Source: an uncultured Brevundimonas sp. (GTDB lineage: Bacteria > Pseudomonadota > Alphaproteobacteria > Caulobacterales > Caulobacteraceae). From it: a stretch of 64,000 nucleotides of DNA. Shown in pieces: positions 49,497 to 58,208 of the stretch. Location of the stretch: assembly GCA_964520795.1 (NCBI GenBank), contig CAZFQC010000002.1, forward strand, positions 5,069-69,068, read 5' to 3'. How positions within the stretch are numbered: position 1 is the stretch's first letter; each line of letters opens with the position of its first letter. The notes beneath the pieces were generated by a model, which saw only the letters and a list, made by a program, of their open reading frames with translations, did no database searches and was not told where the DNA came from. Both the position numbers and the translations under genes were made by a program.

Positions 49497-49732
49497 GCGC
49501 AGCCTCCCGACGCGGCCTCGGGCGACGTCGGCGCCGGGGTCGGCGCCGCGGGGCGCTCGGCCCGGGGCGCTGGAGAGACCGGCGTCGGCGTCGAGGGCGA
49601 CATCAGGATCGAGCCGTGGGGATTGGCCGGGCGGCGAGTGGCGCCGTCGCAGACCGGCAGGTCGGGACGGGCGAGGCCGGCGCAGCCGCCGAGCGCGGCG
49701 CAGGCGAGCATCAGGATCAGTCGATGGGTCAT
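49493..49732 (-). CDS. virB7: Small lipoprotein (VirB7-like)
   Basis: LGGC lipobox, CDG..RRPAN; lies between virB6 and virB8. Confidence 0.7.
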   Translation of the reverse strand: MTHRLILMLACAALGGCAGLARPDLPVCDGATRRPANPHGSILMSPSTPTPVSPAPRAERPAAPTPAPTSPEAASGGCA

Positions 49733-49734
49733 GG

Positions 49735-50655
49735 TCAGGCTCCGGAAGGTCGGATGGATCCGCCGCCCTTCGGCGGCCGGCGGTCGGCCTCGAGGGGGCC
49801 GCGGGCGCGGCCCGAGCCGCTCGAGCCCAGCGCCGCCGCATTGGCGAAGTCGGCGAGGCCCGCGCTGGCCCCGCCGGCGATGCCGGCGGCGATGGCCGGG
49901 GTCTGCAGGAAGAAGATGCCGCCGAGCAGGCACAGGGCGATGAAGATCAAACCGCCCATCATCGGGTCCTGGCCCTGGATGGCGCCCCACTGGTCGCGCA
50001 CCAGCGACAGCACCAGCTGGAAGATGACGATGATCAGGGCGAACAGGACCAGATAGTTCACCGCCTGGCCGAGCCAGCCGAAGAAGAAGCGCCGGGTGGC
50101 GTCGAACAGGGCGCAGGCGATGAAGATAGGTCCGAGCGCGACCAGCAGGGCCAGGGCCAGCTTGGCCAGCATGACCACCCCGAAACCGAGGGCGCATGCC
50201 AGGGCGCCGATGATCAAGACGGCCGCCGAGACGATCCAGGGGCCAGGATCGAAAGCCGAGCCCTCGCGCGCGATCGTCTCGGCGAGATAGCCGGCGTAGG
50301 CGAGGAACTGGTCGAAGGCGGCGCCGACGCCCGGCGTATCGGCGCCGCTGACGGCCCGGGTCAGGGCGTTGGGCAGGCCGGTGAACAGCGGTTCGGTGAC
50401 GAAGGTCGAATAGGCGGCCGTCGTCGCCAGGGCGTAGATCAGGGCCAGTTTGATCGAGCGGATGGCGAAATCCATCACCGGCTCGCTGATGGCCCCGCGC
50501 AGGATGGCGAAGCCGTAGAGGACGACATAGAGCACCAGGGCGATCCGCAGCGGGCCGTCGACCTCGGCGATGACCGAGGCGAGCCGCTCGCCGAGGAATT
50601 CGTTCAGCCGGGCGTCGATGAAGTCGTAGCTCGGCTCGAAGACCCGGAAGCTCAT
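49735..50655 (-). CDS. virB6: T4SS polytopic membrane protein
   Basis: Multiple TM segments, GPIFIACALFDATRRFFFGW. Confidence 0.9.
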   Translation of the reverse strand: MSFRVFEPSYDFIDARLNEFLGERLASVIAEVDGPLRIALVLYVVLYGFAILRGAISEPVMDFAIRSIKLALIYALATTAAYSTFVTEPLFTGLPNALTRAVSGADTPGVGAAFDQFLAYAGYLAETIAREGSAFDPGPWIVSAAVLIIGALACALGFGVVMLAKLALALLVALGPIFIACALFDATRRFFFGWLGQAVNYLVLFALIIVIFQLVLSLVRDQWGAIQGQDPMMGGLIFIALCLLGGIFFLQTPAIAAGIAGGASAGLADFANAAALGSSGSGRARGPLEADRRPPKGGGSIRPSGA

Positions 50656-50657
50656 CG

Positions 50658-50882
50658 TCACCCTCCCTGCGCCGTGCGCGCGTAGGCGGCCAGGCGATCG
50701 CGGCGCTGGGCCTCGGCCAGGCCGCGCCGCGCCGTCTCGCAGTCGCGGCGCGTCCGGCCGGCGTCGCAGGCGGCGATGACGGCCTTCGCCGCCTCCGGAT
50801 CGGCGGCGAAGGCCTCGACGCCCCGCGCCGGCGCGGTGCAGCCGCACAGGGCCGCCAGGACGAGGCCGACGGCGCGTTTCAT
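50658..50882 (-). CDS. EexN-like entry-exclusion lipoprotein
   Basis: LCGC lipobox, two Cys; lies between virB5 and virB6. Confidence 0.7.
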   Translation of the reverse strand: MKRAVGLVLAALCGCTAPARGVEAFAADPEAAKAVIAACDAGRTRRDCETARRGLAEAQRRDRLAAYARTAQGG

Positions 50883-51613
50883 CGGAAGGCCCGCTCATAG
50901 GCGTCCAGGCGGGCGGCGCGGGCGGCCTCGGCCCGTTCGCGGGCGCGCTGTTCCGCCAGCCGGGCCTCGGCGTCCCGCGTCAGGGCCAGACCCTGCAGCC
51001 GGACCTGTTCGTTCTGGATCAAGGCCTGTTCGGCGGCCAGCCGCGCCTCCAGGTCCATCACCGCACGGGCGTTGGGGGCGGTGTCCAGGGCGCGCCTGAG
51101 CGTTTCCAGACCTTCCAGCCTCTGGTCGGCGGCCTCGCCGATCGCCTCGCCGACGGCGAGGTCGCGGGCGCCGCGCGCTCCGGCCCGTTCGAGGCTGTCG
51201 CGATACCAGGCCTCGGCGGCCGGCAAATCGCCGGACGGCGGCGTATAGAGCCGGTGTTCGGCGCGGATCGCGTCGGCGCGTTCGGCCAGCCGGCCCAGGG
51301 CCGACAGGTCGCCGTCGGCGGCGGCGCGCAGGGCCGCCAGGTCCGGCAGGGGGTTGCGTACCTCGGGCAGGCCGAGCGCGCCGGCCAGCGCATTGACGTC
51401 GGAGAGGTCGTTGAGGCTGTCGAACAGCTGACGGCCCTGTTCGACCTGGGCCTGAAGGGCCTGGAGCTGCTGCAGGGCCGTGCGGGCCTCCTCGACCATC
51501 TTGGCGTAGGACGTGGGATCGTGAACGATCTGCTGGGCCCGCGCCCCCGGCGCGGCGGCGAGGACGAGGACCAGGGCGGCGGCCGGGGCCGCGAGCAGGG
51601 AGCGGGTTTTCAC
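50879..51613 (-). CDS. virB5: Minor pilin
   Basis: Signal peptide, IVHDP, coiled coils, MDLEARL. Confidence 0.88.
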   Translation of the reverse strand: MKTRSLLAAPAAALVLVLAAAPGARAQQIVHDPTSYAKMVEEARTALQQLQALQAQVEQGRQLFDSLNDLSDVNALAGALGLPEVRNPLPDLAALRAAADGDLSALGRLAERADAIRAEHRLYTPPSGDLPAAEAWYRDSLERAGARGARDLAVGEAIGEAADQRLEGLETLRRALDTAPNARAVMDLEARLAAEQALIQNEQVRLQGLALTRDAEARLAEQRARERAEAARAARLDAYERAFR

Positions 51614-53985
51614 AGGAGTCTCCTCTGGGCGTGGAAGGGATCGCGCCATTGCGCGTAGGCGTCGCCGGTCTCGCCGCGCAGGCGGTCGAGCAGGGCGACG
51701 GTCTCGGTGCGGCCCGACAGGATGGCGAGGGCGTCGTCCAGACCGGCCAGGTCCAGTTCGACGACCACGCTGTCGTGGCCCTGTTTGACGAGGAAGCGGC
51801 CCGATCCGGGCACGAGCACCTCGCGCACCTGGCGGAACTCTTCCTCGGTCAGGCCGAAGCCGTCGACATAGTCGCGCGCCTGGCCGTGCGGATTGGGCAG
51901 GAAAATCTTGGTCGCGCACTGTTCGAGGATGGCGTGGGCGATCGGCGAGCGCAGGGCGTCGGCCGGGGACTGGGTCCCGAACACCATGAAGGCGTTTTGC
52001 TTGCGCCAGGTCTTCAGCCCGTCCTGGGCCAGGTCGGTGAAGGCCGGGTCGCCCAGCACTTTCCAGAACTCGTCGATGTCCAGAACCAGCCGGCGCCCGT
52101 CGACGCGTTCGGCGATGCGGTGAAACAGATACAGGATGGCCGGGGTGCGAACCTCGTCGTGATCCAGCAGCTGGGTGATGTCGAAGCCCGCGAAGCGCGC
52201 GTCCAGGGTCAGGGCGTCCTCGTCATTGTCGAGCACCCAGCCCAGGGGTCCGCCGCGCTGCCAGCGTTCGAGCCGGGCCCCGACGCCGCCGGCGTCGCCC
52301 TGGCCGAGCAGGCTGCGCAGGGCGGCGATCGAGCGGCGTTCGCGCGGCAGCGCCTCCAGCGCCGCCACGCCCTGGTCTATGGCGCGGGCCTCGGCCACGC
52401 CGAGGGTCTCGTCCGGCCGAGCGACGAGGGCGCACACCAGCCGCACCAGAAAGGCGCGATTGGCCGGCGACGGAGCCAGAGCCTTGAAGGGGGCGAAGCC
52501 GGTCGGCTCGCCGTTGCGCAGCGCCAGATAGGTCCCGCCGCTGGCGCGCACGAACAGTTCGGCGCCGCGGTCCTTGTCGATGAACAGCTGCCGGGCGTCG
52601 AACCGTTCGAGCTGGGCCAGCATGAAGTTCTGCACCACGGTCTTGCCGGAGCCGGACGGGCCGCAGATGAAGGTGTGGCCGAGATCGCCGACGTGGAAGT
52701 TGAAGTGAAAGGGCGAGCCGGCCGTGGTGCGCAGGGTCGCCACCGCCTCGCCCCAGTGGTTGCCGCGCGCCTTGCCGACCGGATGGGCGTGGAAGGGCGC
52801 AAGCGCCGCGAAATTGCGCGAGGTGATGGCGGCGGGCCGGGTTCGGCGCGCGAAATTGCCTGGAAACTGGGCCCAGAACGCGGCCTCCAGCCCCAGGTCC
52901 TCGCGCGCCACGACCAGGCCGGAGTCCGCCAGGATGGCGCGGGCCCGCGACAGGTGGTCGGCGAGGGTCGACGGGGTGTCGCCGTGCACCAGCACCGAGG
53001 CGTGGTGTTCGCCCATGACGAAGCGGTTGCTGACCAGGTCGTCGAGCGCGTCCGACAGGCCGGCGATCTGGGAGGCGGCGCGGTCGCGCGCCGAGACCAT
53101 CTGGTTCTGTTTGCGCTCCATCACGGCGCGCGACGAAGCCTTGGACAGGAAGGCGAAGGACTGGCTGGCGACGAAGTCGAACCGGGCGCTGAGCAGGGCG
53201 TCCCACAAGCCGGGCCGGGTCGCCGCCGGATATTCCTTGATGGCCAGGACGCCGGCGTAACGGGCGTCCGAAACGTCGCGCAGTTCCAGCGTCTCGCGGC
53301 CGAAGATGGCGCGGACGGTGTAGATCGCCGATCCGAGATGGCCATGGACGAGGGGGACGGCGGACCGGCGGCCGGTCAGCACCAGCCGCATCACCTCCAT
53401 CGGTTCGGAGAACCACAGGCCCGACCGCTCGTACAGGCCCAGCCGCCGCGGGGCGTAGCGGCCCAGATACTGCACCAGATCGCGTCCGGCCTCCTCGAGG
53501 CGGCGGATGTGGTCGTGCAGCGCCTCGGTCCCGTGCCGGCGAGCCGACTTCAGCCGCTTCAGCAGGGCGGCGGCCCGGTCCCCGGCGTCCCGTCCCGGAT
53601 GCAGGACGAGGGTGACGAACAGTTCGTTGACCCGCAGCGGCCGCTCGGCGATCCGCGCGTCATAGGCCGCGCCCAGTTCGGCGGCGAAGGCCGAGCGATA
53701 GCCGCTGGACGGCGAGGGCGCGGCCTCGCGCCGAACCACATGGTGCCAGACCGCGAGACGTTCGTCGGCGAGGTTGCGCCAGGCCTGATTGAGCTTGACG
53801 TGCCAGTCGTTGAGATCGCGGGCGTCGGCGGTCTCGAAGCTGGCCCCGTCGATCTGGAACACCATCATCAGGGCGCCGCTGTCGAGCGCGACGACATGGT
53901 CGCTGACGTGACGCGCATAGGGCAGGTTCGGGCGCACCTCGCCCTCGCGGCGCAGCCGCGTAACGGAGACACCGCCCTCAGCCAC
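51610..53985 (-). CDS. virB4: T4SS ATPase
   Basis: LPYARHV, AQFPGN, GPSGSGKT, DKDRG, IDEFW, TQSP. Confidence 0.96.
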   Translation of the reverse strand: MAEGGVSVTRLRREGEVRPNLPYARHVSDHVVALDSGALMMVFQIDGASFETADARDLNDWHVKLNQAWRNLADERLAVWHHVVRREAAPSPSSGYRSAFAAELGAAYDARIAERPLRVNELFVTLVLHPGRDAGDRAAALLKRLKSARRHGTEALHDHIRRLEEAGRDLVQYLGRYAPRRLGLYERSGLWFSEPMEVMRLVLTGRRSAVPLVHGHLGSAIYTVRAIFGRETLELRDVSDARYAGVLAIKEYPAATRPGLWDALLSARFDFVASQSFAFLSKASSRAVMERKQNQMVSARDRAASQIAGLSDALDDLVSNRFVMGEHHASVLVHGDTPSTLADHLSRARAILADSGLVVAREDLGLEAAFWAQFPGNFARRTRPAAITSRNFAALAPFHAHPVGKARGNHWGEAVATLRTTAGSPFHFNFHVGDLGHTFICGPSGSGKTVVQNFMLAQLERFDARQLFIDKDRGAELFVRASGGTYLALRNGEPTGFAPFKALAPSPANRAFLVRLVCALVARPDETLGVAEARAIDQGVAALEALPRERRSIAALRSLLGQGDAGGVGARLERWQRGGPLGWVLDNDEDALTLDARFAGFDITQLLDHDEVRTPAILYLFHRIAERVDGRRLVLDIDEFWKVLGDPAFTDLAQDGLKTWRKQNAFMVFGTQSPADALRSPIAHAILEQCATKIFLPNPHGQARDYVDGFGLTEEEFRQVREVLVPGSGRFLVKQGHDSVVVELDLAGLDDALAILSGRTETVALLDRLRGETGDAYAQWRDPFHAQRRLL

Positions 53986-54328
53986 GGGTCAGCTCCGCCG
54001 GACGATAGCGCCGCGCCAGGGGGAGGGGCGAGGCCGAGCTGCCGCCCCACAGGGCGCCGTTGCGCGCGCGGCCCTTGGTGTCGACATGGACGAGCAGCAG
54101 CCGGAAGGCGTTGTGGTCGGCCCGGCAGATGGCGCGGAACACCAGGTGCACGGCGGGGGCGACCAGCAGATAGAGCAGGCTGCCGCCGACCAGGAAGACG
54201 ATGCCCGAGACGATGAGGTTGACGCCCATCGCCTCCATCGGCACCCCCATGACCATGGCCGGACGGGTGCAGGCCAGAAAAAGCGGATCCTCGATCAGCT
54301 TCTCCTCAATCAGGCGAGCCTCAGCCAT
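53978..54328 (-). CDS. virB3: T4SS protein
   Basis: DPLFLACTRPAMVMGVP. Confidence 0.92.
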   Translation of the reverse strand: MAEARLIEEKLIEDPLFLACTRPAMVMGVPMEAMGVNLIVSGIVFLVGGSLLYLLVAPAVHLVFRAICRADHNAFRLLLVHVDTKGRARNGALWGGSSASPLPLARRYRPAELTRG

Positions 54329-54500
54329 GGGGCCCTCCCGGCGCGAGGCGGGCTGCGACGAAGCCGAGCAACAGTCCGGTCAGCAGGCCGGCGACGATCC
54401 GGGCGAAGCGGCCGGGGGAGATCAATCGCAGGCCCAGCATCAGTCCGGGTCCGAGGACGGCCGCGCCGGTGGTGATCAGCCAGGGGACGAACGGCTCCAT
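54321..54500 (-). CDS. Small 2-TM hypothetical protein between virB2 and virB3
   Basis: MEPFVPWLITTG..; overlaps both neighbours, consistent with translational coupling. Confidence 0.6.
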   Translation of the reverse strand: MEPFVPWLITTGAAVLGPGLMLGLRLISPGRFARIVAGLLTGLLLGFVAARLAPGGPHG

Positions 54501-54802
54501 CAGGCGCCGCCGGTGATCAGGTTGACGATCTCGGCGGCGCCGAAGACGACGACGATGCCCAGCACCACGATGGCCGCCCGGCGCAGGTCGAACAGGCCGA
54601 ACATCCACAGGATGCCGACGACGACCACGGCGAGCACCGCCAGCAGGCGCGCGGTGTTGCCCGTCAGCATGTCGACGACGTTCTGCAGCAGGCCCTCGAC
54701 ATTGGCCGAGGCGAAGGCCGGTTGGGCCAGGATCAGGGTGGCGGCGGCGGCGATGGCGCCGGTGGCGCAGACGCGGCGCGCGCGGGCGGGGCGAGGGGTC
54801 AT
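54500..54802 (-). CDS. virB2: Major pilin
   Basis: PAFA signal, two hydrophobic helices, VFGAAEIV. Confidence 0.9.
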   Translation of the reverse strand: MTPRPARARRVCATGAIAAAATLILAQPAFASANVEGLLQNVVDMLTGNTARLLAVLAVVVVGILWMFGLFDLRRAAIVVLGIVVVFGAAEIVNLITGGA

Positions 54803-55446
54803 CTCGGGTCTCTCCAGCTGGGTTGGGTTGGCGCGAAAGCGAGGGTCGCGCTGAAGCGGGCGCGGCCGAACACGTCCCAGGCCGGCGGGTCCGGCGTCCG
54901 GGCGGAAAGCGCCGGCGCCGCCGGGCGGACGACGACCGGCGCTTCGGCGGCGGCGGTCTCTGAGGCGGGCGCGGGCGGGGCCAGCGACAGGGCGACGGCG
55001 GCGCGCTCGACGCGCGCGACATAGCCGTTGCGGAAACCACGTTCGGGATGTCCGGTGTTGTAGCGCGACAGGGCGACCCGCAGCGCCGCCTGACGGTCCC
55101 CGCCCCGCGCGGGCCGGTAGCCGGCCCGCAGCACGACGCCGGCGGCGGACAGGTTGCGGCAGGGATCGAACGCCGCCTCGACCGACAGGCCGAGCCAGGC
55201 CAGGTTGGCGCTGTTGATCTGGGCCGGGCCGAGGTCGAGGTTGGCGCCCCGCGCCAGCAGGCCGCGGGCGATCCGGGCGGCGTCGGCGGCGTCGCGGGGG
55301 CGCCGGGCGGGCCGGGGGCCGCGGTTCACGCCGATGGCCAGGGGATCGAACCGGCTTTCGGTCCAGGCGATGGCGGCCATGGTCTGGGGCGCCGCCTGGG
55401 GGGCGCAGGCCTGTGACAGGGCGAGAATGAGATTGAGGTCCAGCAA
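54799..55446 (-). CDS. virB1: Lytic transglycosylase
   Basis: CAP..TESRFDPLAIGVN, DLGPAQINS, FDPCRN, LSRYNTG. Confidence 0.92.
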   Translation of the reverse strand: MLDLNLILALSQACAPQAAPQTMAAIAWTESRFDPLAIGVNRGPRPARRPRDAADAARIARGLLARGANLDLGPAQINSANLAWLGLSVEAAFDPCRNLSAAGVVLRAGYRPARGGDRQAALRVALSRYNTGHPERGFRNGYVARVERAAVALSLAPPAPASETAAAEAPVVVRPAAPALSARTPDPPAWDVFGRARFSATLAFAPTQPSWRDPR

Positions 55447-55521
55447 GACGGGCTCCGTTCAGGGCCCCAGCAAACCCGATCCCGACCGCCGCCCGCGACC
55501 CGCGGGCGGCCCGTCGGAGAT

Positions 55522-55788
55522 CTACGGTAGGAAGCTGCGGGGCTCCGGGTCCGGTCCGGTCCGGGCGGCGAGGCGGGCGACGGCCTGGATCCGGGTGCGC
55601 ACGCCCAGAGTTCGGCAGGCCCGCATCAGGTGTTCGTCAACGGTGCGGCCGGAGATGCCGAGACGCTCGCCGATCGCCGCCGAGGTCAGACCCCGGGCGG
55701 CGAGGGCGAGGCACTCGCGTTGCCGCGCCGACAGGGGCTCGTCGGGGGCGGGCGGCGCGGCGTGTGGGCGCGGGGACGGCGGCGTCAT
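55522..55788 (-). CDS. Stand-alone LuxR-type HTH regulator
   Basis: LSARQRECL..GLTSAAIG..LGISGRTVDEH..LGVRTRIQAV. Confidence 0.85.
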   Translation of the reverse strand: MTPPSPRPHAAPPAPDEPLSARQRECLALAARGLTSAAIGERLGISGRTVDEHLMRACRTLGVRTRIQAVARLAARTGPDPEPRSFLP

Positions 55789-55847
55789 GACGCCAGCAGA
55801 AGGCCGAACGAAATCCACGGCCAGACCGCGACTTTCCGGCGGGGCGT

Positions 55848-56354
55848 CTACGGTCGGGATTTCCCGGCGCCGCCCTCGTCCTCGCCGCCGCCCGGCGAGA
55901 CGAGCCTGGCGACCCGTGTCTCGAGCCAGTCCTGGGCCGCGCTGTCGCGGCGGACCGCCTGCACCGCCAGGTCCTTCATGGTCCGGGTGAAGGCGTTGAT
56001 CAGGGTGCGGGCGTCGAGCTCGTGGATGACGTCGCCGAGCGTCTCGTCAAACTCCTGCAGGGCGACGGTCAGAATGGTCATCAGCTTGTTGTCGGCGCTG
56101 CGCAGGGCGAACTGCGGCGAGCCCAGGGCGAGGGCCGCGAGGATGGCGTAGGGGTCGGAATCCGTAACCTCGGCAAAGCGATGGATGCGTTCAAGGTTGA
56201 CGCGCCCGCCGCCCGCCTCGAAATGTTCGTAGGACCGCAGGGCCATACCCATCGCCTCGGCGACCTCGGCGGTCTTCATGCGGCGATGGGCGCGGATCAG
56301 ACGCAGGGCCGAAGACAGGGTCTCGCTCTGCGACTGACGTTCGGCGGGATCCAT
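55848..56354 (-). CDS. XRE-family HTH regulator
   Basis: LRLIRAHRRMKTAEVAEAMGMALRSYEHFEAG. Confidence 0.85.
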   Translation of the reverse strand: MDPAERQSQSETLSSALRLIRAHRRMKTAEVAEAMGMALRSYEHFEAGGGRVNLERIHRFAEVTDSDPYAILAALALGSPQFALRSADNKLMTILTVALQEFDETLGDVIHELDARTLINAFTRTMKDLAVQAVRRDSAAQDWLETRVARLVSPGGGEDEGGAGKSRP

Positions 56355-56605
56355 CGTCCGGACTCTTCCACATCCATGAGGCCGCCGGACTCATCCTTCC
56401 GTACCCCTGCTGGTTGAAAAATGGGGCAATCGCGCTTCAAATGAAAGTCGTGAAAGCCACGGGGCCGAAAGTCTTGCGCGCGTGCGCAAGAAACCTGCGC
56501 GCACCTTGCGAGACCTTGAAGAGCGTTAATGGATACACGATCACCCGCCGACCATGGGTCGCCGGACAGGTTCCGGGCCGGAGCGGCGTGGCCGGACCGG
56601 GGCCC

Positions 56606-57217
56606 GTGAAGGCGCGCGATCCCTATCATCTTGCGGTGGCCGCCCTGACGGATTTCGCATCCGAAGGCCGGTTCGGCTGGGGCCGGCCGCTCGTCGCCAC
56701 CGCCCTGGCGAGCGAACTGGGCCTCAGCCCCACGCCGGTGCGCGAGGCCCTCGCCCGACTTTCCGGCGAGGGCGTGCTGGAGCACCGACCCGGCCACGGC
56801 TATTTCGCGCCGAGCCCGACGGCGTCGGACATCGCCGATCTCTATGAACTGCACTGGCGGCTGGCCGGATGGGCCATCGAGCGGATTCAGCCGGGCGCGC
56901 GGCCGCCACGCCTTGAGGCGTCGCCTCGCCCCCGGATCGAGGCCTTCTACGACAACCTGCTGGCCTGGGCGGGCAATGATGTGCTCGACCGGGTCTACCG
57001 CCGCACGGCGCTTCAGCTGCGTCCGGTTCGACGGGTCGAACGCCTCGTCGATCCGTTCGCCGACGAGGCGGTCGCGCGTCAGGAGGAACTCCTGCTTGAG
57101 GGCCGGATGAGCGATCTCAGGCCGGCGATCGACGCCTACCATCGGAACCGGATCGCGGCCGCCCAGTCAGTGTTTTCAGTCATGCGCCGGTCGGCGGAAA
57201 GTATAGAGCGAATATAG
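56606..57217 (+). CDS. GntR-family regulator
   Basis: LASELGLSPTPVREALARLSGEG..PGHGYF. Confidence 0.88.
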   Translation: MKARDPYHLAVAALTDFASEGRFGWGRPLVATALASELGLSPTPVREALARLSGEGVLEHRPGHGYFAPSPTASDIADLYELHWRLAGWAIERIQPGARPPRLEASPRPRIEAFYDNLLAWAGNDVLDRVYRRTALQLRPVRRVERLVDPFADEAVARQEELLLEGRMSDLRPAIDAYHRNRIAAAQSVFSVMRRSAESIERI

Positions 57218-57289
57218 TTTGAAAATAGGTCTTGGCGGGCGCGGAGTGGCGTGACGGGGCGATGGGCCCCGTTCACAGGAGGTTACGTC

Positions 57290-57517
57290 ATGAAGACCGC
57301 GACCACGCCGCAGCTGATCGGTCTGGGTTCCGCCCGGGCCGTCACCCGTGCGGACGCCACCGAAGGCGACATGGAGCAGATCCCGGTGCGACTCTATGAG
57401 AAGGCCGGCGTCCGCGCCGATCTCGTCCGGCTCGGCTCGGCCGAACAGGCCACCCGCGCCGATTCCACCACCGGGGATTTCGAACAGATCCCAGTGCGGC
57501 TCTGGCAGCAGGGCTGA
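57290..57517 (+). CDS. Lasso peptide precursor with two tandem leader-core units
   Basis: aggagg RBS; LIGLGSARAVTR|ADATEGDMEQIPVRLY.. and LVRLGSAEQATR|ADSTTGDFEQIPVRLWQQG; Thr at -2 and Glu at core position 9 in both units. Confidence 0.9.
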   Translation: MKTATTPQLIGLGSARAVTRADATEGDMEQIPVRLYEKAGVRADLVRLGSAEQATRADSTTGDFEQIPVRLWQQG

Positions 57518-57522
57518 CGGCG

Positions 57523-57549
57523 GGGGCGCCGGCTTCGCGCCGGCGCCCC
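57523..57549 (+). terminator. Stem-loop between the lasso A and B genes
   Basis: ggggcgccggc-ttcgc-gccggcgcccc; typical of proteobacterial lasso clusters. Confidence 0.75.
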
Positions 57550-57572
57550 TCGTCTGTCCGACCGCTTTGCCG

Positions 57573-58208
57573 ATGACCCTGTATCTCCGACCTGACGTCC
57601 ACGCCGTCGCCATCGGCGAGGATCTCGCCCTGCTCGATCTCGCGCGGGACGCCTATCTTTGCCTGCCCGACGGCGCCGCCGCCCTGGAGCCCGGCGCCCG
57701 GGACTCGCTACGGCATGGGGCCGTGGCCGACGCCCTGCAGGCCGGGGGCCTGCTGGGTCCGGAGCCGCCGGCCCCGCGGCCGGCCCCGCCGCCACTTCCG
57801 ACGCGGACCCTCATTCATCAGCCCCTGTCCCGCGCCGTATCGCCCCGAGGACTCGCCGCGGCGCTCGCCGTGCCGGCGGACATCCGTTGCGCCCGCCGGG
57901 GCGAGGGGCTGGTCGCCTGGCTGGCGCTCGCCGAGGCCCGCCGTCCCCTGTCGCGCGATGCGGAGGCGGTAGAGGCGGCTGCGCGGCAGTTCTGGACGAT
58001 CGGCGCCTGGTTGCCGGTCGAGGGCGAATGTCTCGTGCGCTCCGCCATGCTGGTCGCCTTCCTGCGCCGCATGGGACTCGCGGCGGACTGGGTGTTCGGG
58101 GTCCGGCTCTGGCCCTTCGCCGCCCATTGCTGGGTGCAGCTCGACGACGTCTGTCTCAACGACGCCGTCGAGCGGCTGTGGCCCTATACGCCGCGGTACC
58201 GCCGATGA
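57573..58208 (+). CDS. Lasso peptide B protein (RRE-like N-terminus + leader peptidase)
   Basis: LALLDLARDAYLCL; ECLVRS (Cys), FGVRLWPFAAHCWVQ (His), LND. Confidence 0.92.
   Translation: MTLYLRPDVHAVAIGEDLALLDLARDAYLCLPDGAAALEPGARDSLRHGAVADALQAGGLLGPEPPAPRPAPPPLPTRTLIHQPLSRAVSPRGLAAALAVPADIRCARRGEGLVAWLALAEARRPLSRDAEAVEAAARQFWTIGAWLPVEGECLVRSAMLVAFLRRMGLAADWVFGVRLWPFAAHCWVQLDDVCLNDAVERLWPYTPRYRR

Noticed and set aside
51631-54216. Long antisense ORFs (861 aa here; also 21795-24512, 43982-46009, 3821-5650, 40804-42291)
   Set aside because: These are shadow frames of clear genes on the opposite strand, expected in high-GC DNA.
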